Below are positions 1-9,370 of a stretch of DNA of 64,000 nt, in pieces. The DNA is from an uncultured Gammaproteobacteria bacterium. GTDB lineage: Bacteria > Patescibacteriota > Patescibacteriia > XYB2-FULL-38-15. The position numbers were made by a program, and so were the translations under genes. Below the pieces are notes generated by a model. The model made no database searches. It was not told the DNA's origin and saw only the letters and a program-made list of their open reading frames with translations. The stretch lies in assembly GCA_965231095.1 (NCBI GenBank), contig OZ246416.1:436380-500379 (forward strand), given 5' to 3'. Within the stretch, counting starts at the first letter, position 1. The number at the start of each line of letters is the position of its first letter.

Positions 1-1199
1 ATTCCTTTTTCATAATATTCTTTTTCCACTTTGTATTGCAAAACTTCCATTAAATTTTCCGGCGTAAAAATTTCTCCGTTAAATTCAATGTTCCCGATTT
101 GGCGTAAAATATTTTCCATAAACGTCGGCGTAACCGCGATCACTGCGTCAATTTTCTTCTCGCGCCCGCCCTCTGCCCGATAAAACCATTGGGCTTGCGC
201 CGCCGCGGTCGGAAAATCTGGAGACCAGTTGGAATCCCGCAAAAACCAAGCGCCAACTCTTAAATATTTTCCAATCGGCGCCGGAGGGCTAACCCTAAGA
301 TATCTTTCCGCCGCGCCATCCAAGGCATAAACATTATCAGTATCAAATGTTTCCACATTTCCGTCTTTCACTTTTACAATTCCGTAGGTGCCGATAAATC
401 CGCCGGTCGGCCGGAGTTCATCACTGTTTTGTAAAAGAAAAAGATAAGTTTTTTCCGTAGGATAACCGGCAATCTTTGGCAAAATTTCCGCGGCGGGAAT
501 CGCTTTGGCAAGCACTCCTTGAATTTTTAATAACGCTTCTCGGACCGGCGCTAAAACTTTCAAAAGCTGCCCGGCGACTTCCCTCTCATCAATCTGATCC
601 AGGGCAAGCAGCGCCAAATCTATTTTTGCTTTCGCTCCGGTAAGGCGCGGCGGCGACTCAAAAAGTTTTTGTAAAAGTTCGCGTTTTTTCTCCGGACTGA
701 TTTCCGCGAAACTTGTCTCGCCGGAAATTGCCGGGATTCCTTTGACCACCGCTTCCGCGTCTCCCGTCACGCTGATAATTTCTTCGGCCACGCCGACAAG
801 ATCGCGCAAGGCCGACGAAGTTTGAACCCCAGACTGAAGCAGGCCCGCCGCGACGTCATACTGATTCCCAAGCCAGGGAATTTTACTTAAAAATTTTAAT
901 CTGCCAAAATTATTTGCCGCGGCGCTAAAATTATCTTCCGCCTCTTCCAAATACGCGCCGGCTTTTTCCAAATTCAACGCAGAAATTTCATTTGCCGCCG
1001 CTTCCAAATTTTGTTTTCCGCTTTCTGAAAGGCTATAAACTTTTCGGGCGGTTCCAAAATAAACTCCAACTAAAATCAAGCTCACGCCCACCACCGCGAC
1101 AAAAGCGTAAAGTAAAATTTTAACAAACAAAACCGCTCTTCGCTTTTCCGCTCTCGCGGGCCGGATAATATCTAAAAAATTTGTCCCCCTAAATTTCAT
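1..1199 (-). CDS. DUF4012-domain protein, N-terminal part (C-terminus lies beyond window start); N-terminal signal anchor
   Basis: Hand translation of the minus strand from ATG at 1197-1199 gives MKFRGTNFLDIIRPARAEKRRAVLFVKILLYAFVAVVGVSLIL... The ORF stays open to position 1. It contains an NSDELRPTGGFIGTYG motif typical of DUF4012 proteins, which sit near glycosyltransferase loci. It is absent from the ORF track because it is truncated. Confidence 0.55.
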   Translation of the reverse strand, partial: MKFRGTNFLDIIRPARAEKRRAVLFVKILLYAFVAVVGVSLILVGVYFGTARKVYSLSESGKQNLEAAANEISALNLEKAGAYLEEAEDNFSAAANNFGRLKFLSKIPWLGNQYDVAAGLLQSGVQTSSALRDLVGVAEEIISVTGDAEAVVKGIPAISGETSFAEISPEKKRELLQKLFESPPRLTGAKAKIDLALLALDQIDEREVAGQLLKVLAPVREALLKIQGVLAKAIPAAEILPKIAGYPTEKTYLFLLQNSDELRPTGGFIGTYGIVKVKDGNVETFDTDNVYALDGAAERYLRVSPPAPIGKYLRVGAWFLRDSNWSPDFPTAAAQAQWFYRAEGGREKKIDAVIAVTPTFMENILRQIGNIEFNGEIFTPENLMEVLQYKVEKEYYEKG

Positions 1200-1220
1200 A
1201 AATTTATATAATGATTTATA

Positions 1221-2042
1221 TTATCTGCCGGTTGATTTTGTTTCCCTTCCCCATTTTTTAAAATATTTTAACCAGCTCGCCAAATGAATTCTTGTTACTT
1301 TTTTAAAAATTGCGCCCGACCAATGCCCCTCGGCCGATTCGCGGCGATGAAAATGAACCACGGAAACTTCCGGATCATAAACCACTTTCCATTTTTTCTC
1401 CCACATGCTCCGGCATAAATCAACATCATCAAAATACGCAAAATACCTTTCATCCAAAAATCCGACATCATCCAAAGATTTTCGCCTGATCAAAAGACAC
1501 CCGCCCAAAAGCCAATCAACTTCCCGGACAGAGTTATGATCAAAGTCTTTCATTAGATAATGATCTAATTTCTTTTTAGCAAAGTCAAATCGGCCAAGCG
1601 GCGTTCGGCGATAAGCCGGTTCCCAAAAATCCGGAAAACGATAACAAGAATATTGCAAAGATTTATCCGGATTCAAAAGTTTCGGTCCGACAATTCCCAC
1701 GTCCTGTCTTACATCCAAAAATTGAACTAATTTTTCAAGCGCTCCGGGAAAAACAATAATATCGGGATTCATAATCATCACATACTTCCCGCCCGCCGCT
1801 TTTATTCCCAAATTATTACCCTTGGCATAACCCAAATTTTTATCCGAAGCGATAAATTTAATTTCCGGAAAATTCTCCCGCATCATCGCAGAGGTTCCGT
1901 CGCCCGAGGCGTTATCAACCACGATAATTTCATAATCCAATTTCGGCTGGACCATTTTTATTCCCCTCAAACATTCTTTTAGCAACCCGCGCGCCTTATA
2001 ATTTAAGATAATTATTGATAAATCCATATTTAAGAAAACCAC
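1221..2042 (-). CDS. Family 2 glycosyltransferase
   Basis: 273 aa; MDLSIIILNYKARGLL...VVDNASGDGT is an N-terminal GT-A/GT2 signature, and DxD-like FDDVD is present. Confidence 0.75.
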   Translation of the reverse strand: MVFLNMDLSIIILNYKARGLLKECLRGIKMVQPKLDYEIIVVDNASGDGTSAMMRENFPEIKFIASDKNLGYAKGNNLGIKAAGGKYVMIMNPDIIVFPGALEKLVQFLDVRQDVGIVGPKLLNPDKSLQYSCYRFPDFWEPAYRRTPLGRFDFAKKKLDHYLMKDFDHNSVREVDWLLGGCLLIRRKSLDDVGFLDERYFAYFDDVDLCRSMWEKKWKVVYDPEVSVVHFHRRESAEGHWSGAIFKKVTRIHLASWLKYFKKWGRETKSTGR

Positions 2043-3049
2043 TTTTTCATTTCCGCCATATTAACTTTTTTATTTTTCATAATCAACTTTCTTTTTTTCC
2101 ACATCTTAACAAATTTTTTAAAAAATTCTCCGAGACCGCGCAATGTCCTCGTTTCAAAAATCAAAAGATAAATTAATTTTTTAAATTCATACCATTTTAT
2201 CCGATAACCGTACCGCCACCAAACCCCCGCGGAAACATTTTTCAACAAAATAAATAAATGATTTTTATAAGAATGATAATTAACAAAGGCTGATTTGTTT
2301 TTCCGCGCCCTGGCCGAGGCCGAATCACTTTTGGCCACGCTTCTTGCCGTCCTGTCATGATAACCCTTTGCTGTCGGTACCAACCACGCCTTAAATCCGG
2401 CGAGCCGCAGACGATAAGCTAAATCCAAATCTTCTTTATAGCTAAAAAAATCTTCGTCAAAAAATTCTCCGTTAATCGCGACTTCGTTTAGAGCCGACCG
2501 CCGATAAACCGCCGCTGCCCCGGATACCCCAAATACTTCCCGCGGCGCGCCCCCTTCTTCCAAATCCATCTCCCCCGCTCCAAGTTCAATCGCCCGATGA
2601 TTTTTAAAAACTTTTATCCCGACTGAATCAATCAAGTCTGTTTTTTGGTTATTGACAAAATCCCAATACAAAAGTTTTCCCGTCACGGCCGCCGCCTCCG
2701 CGCGGCTATCTAAAAATTTTATAATCTCGTCCAAAAAATTCGGCTCTAAAATTATGTCCTGATTCAAAATTAAAACATATTCACTTTCCGTAACGCGAAG
2801 CGCCCGATTGTGCCCGGCGGCAAACCCGACATTTTTTTCATTAAATTCCACTCGGCAATCTAAAACCGGCAGCAGAGAATTTTTTAAATATTCCACCGTG
2901 CCGTCAGTTGAACCATTATCCAAAATAAAAAGGGAAAAATCGCGAAAAGTTTGTTTAGCAATTGAATCCAAACAATATGGCAAATATTTTTTCCCGTTCC
3001 AAGTTACTAAATTTATGGAAACTTTCATTTCGCACGATACAACAATCAA
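2030..3049 (-). CDS. Family 2 glycosyltransferase
   Basis: 339 aa; VSINLVTWNGKKYLPYCLDSIAKQT...ILDNGSTDGT GT2 signature. Overlaps the downstream GT2 by 13 nt, consistent with an operon. Confidence 0.75.
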   Translation of the reverse strand: MIVVSCEMKVSINLVTWNGKKYLPYCLDSIAKQTFRDFSLFILDNGSTDGTVEYLKNSLLPVLDCRVEFNEKNVGFAAGHNRALRVTESEYVLILNQDIILEPNFLDEIIKFLDSRAEAAAVTGKLLYWDFVNNQKTDLIDSVGIKVFKNHRAIELGAGEMDLEEGGAPREVFGVSGAAAVYRRSALNEVAINGEFFDEDFFSYKEDLDLAYRLRLAGFKAWLVPTAKGYHDRTARSVAKSDSASARARKNKSAFVNYHSYKNHLFILLKNVSAGVWWRYGYRIKWYEFKKLIYLLIFETRTLRGLGEFFKKFVKMWKKRKLIMKNKKVNMAEMKKWFS

Positions 3050-3051
3050 CC

Positions 3052-3086
3052 GTTAATTGTTAACTGTTAATTGTCAATTGTTAATT
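3052..3086. repeat. Tandem 7-bp repeat GTTAAYTG x5 filling the entire spacer between two GT genes
   Basis: Sequence gttaattg ttaactg ttaattg tcaattg ttaatt, lying between the stop at 3088 and the start at 3049. Confidence 0.6.
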
Positions 3087-3087
3087 A

Positions 3088-4629
3088 TTATTTCCTCGCC
3101 TTCTCCGTCACCCAAAACCCTAAATATTTTCCAAGCATCAGTCTTGTTTGCGCTTCCACGGCTGGGATTGAACCAAATAAAATCAAAGAAATCGGAAGCA
3201 ACGCCCATTGGGCAAGCATGATAATAAATTTAAACGGACTCTGATTTTTTGGCCGCGGAGGAAGTAAAAATAAAAATAAAATCGCGGAAACAACCATCCC
3301 AAGCATGGCGGCGGTCAGGAGCCACTGCAGGACAAGCGGCGCGGTCTGAAAAAACGCCGTTGTTCCAATCTTATCTTTTCCAACCCAAAGCGGCAATTTG
3401 CTCAAAACAAACATCAGGATCGGCGCGGTTGCCCAAGAATACATCCCCTCTCCCAGATTCCAAAGATATTTAATTTTTTTCCAAAAAGGAATTTTTGGCA
3501 CGGCGATTTCTCCGCTATCAGTCTTCAATGTCCCGCGAGAAAAATGCCAAACCATATATGGAAAATGCTCCACTCCCCAAGCCCAACGCCGCTGTTGTTT
3601 ATAAAGATTAACCAAGCTTTTCCAGGGGGTCTCGGCCATTACCGTATCCATGGAAACCGGAACATACATTGGCACAACTTCAAACTCCCCGCCATAACGG
3701 ATAAAACATTGTAAAAAAATTCTTGAATCATCAGTGACAATATCTTTCTGCCAAAAATCAACATCAACTAACGCCTTGAAAGCGATGCTGTGCGAAGAAA
3801 AAGTAAAAAGCCGATCGGGTTTTGCAAGTTCTGTTAGCAACCAAAAAGTTGTGCCAAAGGCCGCGACGCGCATCAGGGACATTGAATCCCAGATATTATT
3901 ATTGTAGAGCGCCACCGGCTGAAAGGCCGCCCGCTCCCGCCCGGGATGCGTGATATATTTATATGCCAGGCACGAAAAATATTCCGGATGCACGCAAGTA
4001 TCGCTATCGAAATAAGAAACAATAATTTTTTCATAAGAAATTTTAAGTTCGTCAATCAATTCTTTGGCGCGAAAACCGGCCCAGTGCGCGTTTGCCCCCT
4101 TGCCCTTAATTTCTCCAACCAAATTATCCGGATGCACAGTAGTAAGCAACCGAAAAAAATTATTACCGAATTCCTTTTTAATTTCCTCCACATTTTTTAA
4201 AAAATTTTCTTTATTTCTTTCTTCGCCGGACAAAACCACTATCATCTTATCTTTTGAATAATTTGAAGCTATCAAACTTTTAAACGTGCAACGCAAAACT
4301 TCAAGTGGTTCTTTGGAGGTCGGCAAAATTATCAAATGATAATAATTCTGCCAATCCGGCAATTCTTGAACTTTTTTCCACCAATCTGTCTTTACATCTT
4401 TTTTAAAACGCCGCCAAGAAATTGCCATGTAAAAAACGAAATACAGCACGCGGAAAAGCCAATAAATACAAAAAATTATCACGAAATAAATTACCCAAAG
4501 CGGTTTCCAAAAAGAAAGCAAAATAGCCAAAATAAAAGTAACCCAGACGAGCGCGCCTGGAATAATTTCTAACATTCTATATTTTGTCCTGTCGGTAATC
4601 TTCATAAGGTTGATTACGGCAAAATTCAA
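3088..4629 (-). CDS. Integral-membrane processive GT2 (cellulose-synthase-like, QxxRW motif)
   Basis: 513 aa with multiple N- and C-terminal TM helices. Central GT2 domain with D,D,D residues and a QQRRWAWG motif (QxxRW of processive beta-glycosyltransferases). Confidence 0.6.
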   Translation of the reverse strand: MNFAVINLMKITDRTKYRMLEIIPGALVWVTFILAILLSFWKPLWVIYFVIIFCIYWLFRVLYFVFYMAISWRRFKKDVKTDWWKKVQELPDWQNYYHLIILPTSKEPLEVLRCTFKSLIASNYSKDKMIVVLSGEERNKENFLKNVEEIKKEFGNNFFRLLTTVHPDNLVGEIKGKGANAHWAGFRAKELIDELKISYEKIIVSYFDSDTCVHPEYFSCLAYKYITHPGRERAAFQPVALYNNNIWDSMSLMRVAAFGTTFWLLTELAKPDRLFTFSSHSIAFKALVDVDFWQKDIVTDDSRIFLQCFIRYGGEFEVVPMYVPVSMDTVMAETPWKSLVNLYKQQRRWAWGVEHFPYMVWHFSRGTLKTDSGEIAVPKIPFWKKIKYLWNLGEGMYSWATAPILMFVLSKLPLWVGKDKIGTTAFFQTAPLVLQWLLTAAMLGMVVSAILFLFLLPPRPKNQSPFKFIIMLAQWALLPISLILFGSIPAVEAQTRLMLGKYLGFWVTEKARK

Positions 4630-4750
4630 AATAAAGCTCTCTTTTTAGCTCTAATTTCTGTTTAAATCATAATTCATTTAAGCGATTTTGTCAACCCTCA
4701 CCAAAGTCAAGGGGTATTATTTTATCCGAAATAAACCTCTAAATTTAAAT

Positions 4751-4782
4751 AAAAAAACCGGCCAGTATTTAAAACCAGCCGG
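4751..4782 (-). terminator. Rho-independent terminator downstream of the GC-rich ORF 4796-5377
   Basis: Minus strand reads CCGGCUGG-uuuuaaaua-CUGGCCGG (8-bp stem with 2 G-U pairs) followed by UUUUUUU. Confidence 0.45.
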
Positions 4783-4795
4783 GACGGGACCTTCC

Positions 4796-5377
4796 TCACT
4801 TACTGCCACCGTTCTTACGCTCTTCTCCGCGAAGCCTCCGCAAAAGCCGCCAGGCGATCCAGTGGTAGGTTTTAATAAGGGCAAGACGTGTCTTGCCGAT
4901 TGTGTCAACGCCCTCGCTTGTTACGGGGCGAAGCGGCTTATCCTTACTACAAGATACCTTGAAGGAAATCTGGACATGATGGCTCCGGTCGAACTCTGAC
5001 TCGAAGGCGCAGTAACCGACTACGCGTACCTCTTCAAGATATTGCTCGATCTCTGGCCAGCGCCGCCGAACCGCCTCGTGCAGAGCGCATCTGACAACGT
5101 CGACAGAACCAAGCTCGCCATCGTAGGCATGCCCATTCTTCTCTCGATCCTTAATTACCCTCTCGTCGACGATTTCGACAAGTTGATCGTCAAGAGACAA
5201 AACGAGATGGACCTTCACCCAGCTACTACACTCATCTATCCAGTGGTTATCTACCTTGAACGTGACCACATGAAACTGCGGCGCCCTACCCGCGGCGATT
5301 GCCCCCGCCAACTCCTTCTCAATCGTGTTGTTTGTCTCGGACTCCTCCCCCTCGGGCCCTTCCTCGCACTCTGTCAC
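4796..5377 (-). CDS. Hypothetical protein, GC-rich islet 1 (193 aa, GTG start, acidic N-terminus)
   Basis: A ~53% GC block in a ~40% GC background, with no A/T homopolymer runs, unlike its flanks. GTG start is preceded by GAAAGAAGG about 6 nt upstream, and the ORF has its own terminator. No family recognised by eye. Confidence 0.4.
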   Translation of the reverse strand: MTECEEGPEGEESETNNTIEKELAGAIAAGRAPQFHVVTFKVDNHWIDECSSWVKVHLVLSLDDQLVEIVDERVIKDREKNGHAYDGELGSVDVVRCALHEAVRRRWPEIEQYLEEVRVVGYCAFESEFDRSHHVQISFKVSCSKDKPLRPVTSEGVDTIGKTRLALIKTYHWIAWRLLRRLRGEERKNGGSK

Positions 5378-5499
5378 GCCCGACCTTCTTTCTACCCCTC
5401 CCCATTTAGAAAAACGGATCCGTCAATCCGCTCAAAAACAAATTTATCACAAATAAAAAAACAAGTCCAGTTTTTGCCCGGACTTATTTTTTCTAAAAA

Positions 5500-5811
5500 T
5501 TATTTTATGTGTTTTTTGACATCACTCCATTTTGTTTTCAAATCTTCCACAACCGCCTCAACCTGCGTTTTGGCCATATTTTTTCTTTTACCATACTCCT
5601 TCACCACTTTTTCCACGACCTCATCGTATTTTTCTTTGCTTATCACTTTCATCTTCCCAACCGCTTCCAAAATTTTGGCAGTGAGCTCCGGATACTTCAT
5701 TTTAAATTCTTCTTGCCGCGTCTTGCCGGTCTTTTTTGTGGTGAAAAGCGCGACGGCCGTACCAATCAAGGCTCCAAGAAGAGCGCCCTTCATAAATGTG
5801 TTTTTACCCAT
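5500..5811 (-). CDS. YtxH-like (DUF948) small membrane protein
   Basis: 103 aa. N-terminal glycine-zipper TM helix KGALLGALIGTAVALFTTKKTGK followed by a charged coiled-coil tail. A terminator hairpin AAGTCC...GGACTT plus T-run lies downstream at ~5447-5480. Confidence 0.45.
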   Translation of the reverse strand: MGKNTFMKGALLGALIGTAVALFTTKKTGKTRQEEFKMKYPELTAKILEAVGKMKVISKEKYDEVVEKVVKEYGKRKNMAKTQVEAVVEDLKTKWSDVKKHIK

Positions 5812-5821
5812 AAATTTTAAA

Positions 5822-6292
5822 TTATTTATAAATTACTATTATGCGCCTAACAATTAAATCCTTTTTTCTTCTTAAGTATCCTCCTCGAAAATCAAACCAA
5901 ACTCTTTTAAACATTTTCTTTTCCATTTTTTTAATTTTTCCAAACTCGGGATCGGCTAAATAAATATTTTTTTGAGCCAGGCCAACCGCGACCGAATAAT
6001 GGCCGCCATCCACCGAAAACCAATCTATAATAACCGGTATGTTTTTTTTCAAATAAAAATTTATATCGGAAAAATCGGAAAAATCTTTTACTAAAATTTT
6101 AAAACCAAAATATTTCGCGGCTCGCTTAAATCCTTCCAGGCCCGTCCCCTTGCTTTTTGTGGTCCGGCAAATTTTTACCAATTTTTTTTCACTCTCTTTT
6201 ACGCCATAAAGATCTAAAATCATTTTTAGGGAAGCTGGCCCGCAGGAACTCCACCCCGCTGTTTGTTCATAAGGTTTTACTTTAAGCATCAT
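5822..6292 (-). CDS. Papain-like cysteine peptidase, C39-like (Peptidase_C39_2/BtrH-like) domain protein
   Basis: 156 aa. Q...GWSSCGPASLKMIL active-site Cys context and downstream GGHYSVAVG His, typical of the C39-like family. No adjacent ABC transporter. Confidence 0.5.
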   Translation of the reverse strand: MMLKVKPYEQTAGWSSCGPASLKMILDLYGVKESEKKLVKICRTTKSKGTGLEGFKRAAKYFGFKILVKDFSDFSDINFYLKKNIPVIIDWFSVDGGHYSVAVGLAQKNIYLADPEFGKIKKMEKKMFKRVWFDFRGGYLRRKKDLIVRRIIVIYK

Positions 6293-6440
6293 ATTATTTA
6301 ATTAGTTTACCATAAAAATATAAAATAAAAAAGAACCACTAGATTTTCCGAGCTTTCCACCATTTTTTCTATCACAAATAAAAAAGCAACAAATAAAAAT
6401 ACCCGCCAAAAAGACGGATATTTTAGTCGCGACTAAAAAT

Positions 6441-6815
6441 TTACGCTTGCGGCCCCATTGGCGGCGGAGTCATTGCCGTCGCTTTCTTAACTCTAAGAAG
6501 CGGCGCTAAAAGAACCAAGCCGTAGCCCAGCCACAATTCCCAAGCCATAAAAATTTCCGAATTAAACCGCATTGTCACAATCCCATCCAAGATCACGCCA
6601 ACCACAACCCATGAAGCGCCGTAGCCCAACGCCATGCCTAAATTTTTTGGTTTAGCATAACCCGCCAAAACAAAAGAAATCACACCGGAAATAACAGCAA
6701 AACTAATATTCAACCAAAGTGATTCGGGAATCTTAAAACCGATAGCAATGGAAACAATCACAAACATCAGCACCCAAAGCAGAGCGCCAAAACCCAACAT
6801 TTTTTTCCAATTCAT
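6441..6815 (-). CDS. Hypothetical membrane protein (3-4 TM)
   Basis: 124 aa, hydrophobic throughout. A perfect 16-bp palindrome TTTAGTCGCGACTAAA lies just downstream (6422-6437). Confidence 0.4.
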   Translation of the reverse strand: MNWKKMLGFGALLWVLMFVIVSIAIGFKIPESLWLNISFAVISGVISFVLAGYAKPKNLGMALGYGASWVVVGVILDGIVTMRFNSEIFMAWELWLGYGLVLLAPLLRVKKATAMTPPPMGPQA

Positions 6816-6834
6816 AAATTCACCTCCCTTCCGT

Positions 6835-8073
6835 TTAAGGATGATAAATTATTCTATAAATCACGCCGGCTTTATCGTCGGAAACATAAGCCGCGCCATC
6901 AAAAAATAAAATTCCCGCCGGACGGCCAAGAACTTCTCCCTCTGCCGTGAGCCAACCGGAAATAAAATCTTCCTCGCCCAAATAATTTCCATCGGCATCC
7001 AATCTATAACGCGCAATTTTATATCCGGTCGGCGCGCTTCTATTCCAGGAACCATGATATGCCACCAATAAATTATTTTGAAAATCCGCCGGCCAACCAC
7101 TCTCTGCCGGAATAAAATCTAAACCCAGCGGCGCCGAGTGCGCCGGAATATCAATGTACGACGCCGTTTCAAATGGCTCCGTGCACGGATTTCTAATATA
7201 AACATTTTTATCAAAATTTGTGTCATGAACATTTTTACCATAACAGGTCGGCCAACCATAATTTTTCCCCTCGTGAATTATATTAATTTCATCGGGCGGT
7301 AAATTATCACCCAAAAAATCTCGTCCCATTTCTGTCGCCCAAATTTCCCCGGTCACCGGATGCCGAGCCATAAAAACAGAATTGCGCAACCCGGAGGAAA
7401 AAGTTCCCAGAGCTCCGGTTTTTACATCAGCCATCAAAATTTTTGCCCGCCGCGCGTCGCTCTCATTACAAACATCGCAAGACGAACCGACCGCAATTAA
7501 AATTTTCTGCGGATCGCTCGGCAAAAACTGCAACGTCCGAGTAAAATGCCGGCCGCCGCCGGGCAAATCTAAAATTTTTCTGCCATTGGTCGCGGCAGCA
7601 GTTTTTTTATCATAATCATAAACCAATAATTTATCTGATTCCGCAACATACAAATTACAACTTTCCCCATCACATTTCACCGCCAAGCCATGCGGACTAT
7701 TGAGGCCGCTAAGTACGGTGGCATTTTCGTCAGCCACGCCGTCTCTATTTTTATCAGGTAACGTCAAAACTTTCCCGGCGCCCGTCACGCTAACAAGCAA
7801 CCGTCCGGCCCCGTCGGAAAGAATAACCCGCGGTGTTCCTAAATTTTTGGCAAAAATTGAGATGGAAAAACCGTCTGGCAAGGCCAGTGGAAATTCCGGC
7901 GGAATTATTTTTTGGGGAACACTATTTTGATTTTCTAAAGAATTTACGATATTAACCGATGGCTCGCTAACATTTCTCCAAAATCCACCAAAATTTTTCC
8001 AAAAATAAAATATTCCCCACCCGACGGTGGCCAAAAAAATCACGGCAACCGCGCCCAAAATTATTTTTTTCAT
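6835..8073 (-). CDS. PQQ-dependent soluble sugar (glucose/sorbosone) dehydrogenase-like beta-propeller protein
   Basis: 412 aa with N-terminal signal/TM. GKNYGWPTCYG (the NYGWP hallmark) and a C-terminal ...VSDDKAGVIYRIIY typical of YliI/SGDH family. Confidence 0.65.
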   Translation of the reverse strand: MKKIILGAVAVIFLATVGWGIFYFWKNFGGFWRNVSEPSVNIVNSLENQNSVPQKIIPPEFPLALPDGFSISIFAKNLGTPRVILSDGAGRLLVSVTGAGKVLTLPDKNRDGVADENATVLSGLNSPHGLAVKCDGESCNLYVAESDKLLVYDYDKKTAAATNGRKILDLPGGGRHFTRTLQFLPSDPQKILIAVGSSCDVCNESDARRAKILMADVKTGALGTFSSGLRNSVFMARHPVTGEIWATEMGRDFLGDNLPPDEINIIHEGKNYGWPTCYGKNVHDTNFDKNVYIRNPCTEPFETASYIDIPAHSAPLGLDFIPAESGWPADFQNNLLVAYHGSWNRSAPTGYKIARYRLDADGNYLGEEDFISGWLTAEGEVLGRPAGILFFDGAAYVSDDKAGVIYRIIYHP

Positions 8074-8115
8074 ATTTTAAACTAAAACCCCGGAAATAAA
8101 TCCGGGGTATAATTT

Positions 8116-8847
8116 TTATTCTGCTAAAGGAAGCGCCGTCAGATTCGTGTTGCTAATTCCCAAACCCAGCTCTCTCATAATCCTGAAGGCGTCATCCGGC
8201 CGGCCAAGATAATATTTTTTTCTGTCTTTTGGATAAATGTAATACGCTTCGCCGTGCGCCTCCACATCAAGTAAAATTCTTCCGACAACATGCGAAGGAA
8301 AATAAGTTGTGTTTGTTATAAAATCATGAGTCGCGCCGAGCCCGAGCGTCCGCATCACGCTAAACGCGTCTGCCGGCCTCCCCAAATAATAACCTTTTTG
8401 ATTCACCGGATAATAGTAATACGCCTCACCATGTTTTTCTACCGCCAAAAAAATGTAACCAATGTATTTTGCCAAACTTGCCGTAGAGGCTGAGCTGCCC
8501 GAACTTCCACTTGTTGTCCCGGAAGTATTTGTCAAAGCCTTGTCAGTGAGCTGCATTAAAACTTGCCCAACCCAACCAACCGTCCCATCAGCCAACTCCA
8601 CTTTATACCAACCGTCGGTTTCACCGATAACTTTAATAACCGATCCCTTGACCACGGTTTTTAAAATCGTGGAATTTACCGTGCATGGCTCGTTTCGAAC
8701 GTAAGCACTAATTACGACTTCGCCGCGCAAATCGCGCTCATAAATCGGATCACAGCCGCAACATTCCCCGGCCCCTACCTCGCCGCTTGGCCAAAAAATG
8801 AAAACCAAGACAGCCAAAACTACAATGGAAAATGCCTGTTTTTTCAT
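8116..8847 (-). CDS. Secreted protein with SH3b domain and two ~50-aa internal repeats
   Basis: 243 aa; signal peptide. SH3_3-like segment ...VKGSVIKVIGETDGWYKVELADGTVGWV. Duplicated motif HGEAYYYYP...YYLGRPADAF..MR.LGLG appears twice. Confidence 0.45.
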   Translation of the reverse strand: MKKQAFSIVVLAVLVFIFWPSGEVGAGECCGCDPIYERDLRGEVVISAYVRNEPCTVNSTILKTVVKGSVIKVIGETDGWYKVELADGTVGWVGQVLMQLTDKALTNTSGTTSGSSGSSASTASLAKYIGYIFLAVEKHGEAYYYYPVNQKGYYLGRPADAFSVMRTLGLGATHDFITNTTYFPSHVVGRILLDVEAHGEAYYIYPKDRKKYYLGRPDDAFRIMRELGLGISNTNLTALPLAE

Positions 8848-8926
8848 AATTTTAAGATTATGATTTAGCCGGACGCTGATTAAATTTTACCATATTTTAA
8901 AATCAACGTCCATTTCCATTATAACG

Positions 8927-9310
8927 TTAATACACCCTCTTAAATTTCACGACAAAAACCGGTTCGTATTTATTTTCATATTCGTCCGTCACTTGAACCG
9001 TCTCGCCTTTTACGAAAGTATTTAAAGCCAAATCGGAAAGCATTTCCGCATCGGTTTCCGTGTCCGCCTTTAAAGTTTCAAGTTCAGAAAACTCGGAAGA
9101 AAAATCTCCTCGCACGTCCATTTCAATTTTTTTCTTTTTCTCGCGCAAAGTTTTTAGATCCTCCACAATTTTTCCGTAGTCAGCGCTCCCGGCTAACGCC
9201 TCTTTATACGCCGATCTGATTTCCTTTTGTTTCTTTTTTGTTTTTTGCATGCGAAGCCAAACTTCTTGAAGATTTGCCATACGAAATTTTAATATTAATT
9301 TTTTAATCAA
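8927..9310 (-). CDS. Hypothetical coiled-coil protein
   Basis: 127 aa; likely start at MANLQEVW. Lys/Glu-rich. Confidence 0.3.
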   Translation of the reverse strand: MIKKLILKFRMANLQEVWLRMQKTKKKQKEIRSAYKEALAGSADYGKIVEDLKTLREKKKKIEMDVRGDFSSEFSELETLKADTETDAEMLSDLALNTFVKGETVQVTDEYENKYEPVFVVKFKRVY

Positions 9311-9370
9311 AAAACCGGTTATCCACCTCCGTTTAACCGGATTAATTTATTTTACTACAAATCTTAAACT

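Noticed and set aside
4780-5400. Possibility that the GC-rich block is RNase P RNA, tmRNA or another large structured RNA.
   Set aside because: Looked for GGTTCGA-type T-loop and CCA-end tRNA-like domain, the tmRNA 5' GGGG...TTCGACGGG, and RNase P ACAGAACCCGGCTTA/AGGAAAGTCCGGGCTCC. Only weak partial resemblances were found (AGGAAGGTCCCGTCCCGG). The protein-coding reading frame with start and terminator fits better. It remains listed as a check.
5042-5857. 271-aa plus-strand ORF, and the 4688-4999 plus ORF, across islet 1.
   Set aside because: They overlap the better-supported minus-strand ORF and the ytxH-like gene. The translations are low-complexity (P/L/S-rich, FFLL runs) and look like GC-rich reading-frame artifacts.
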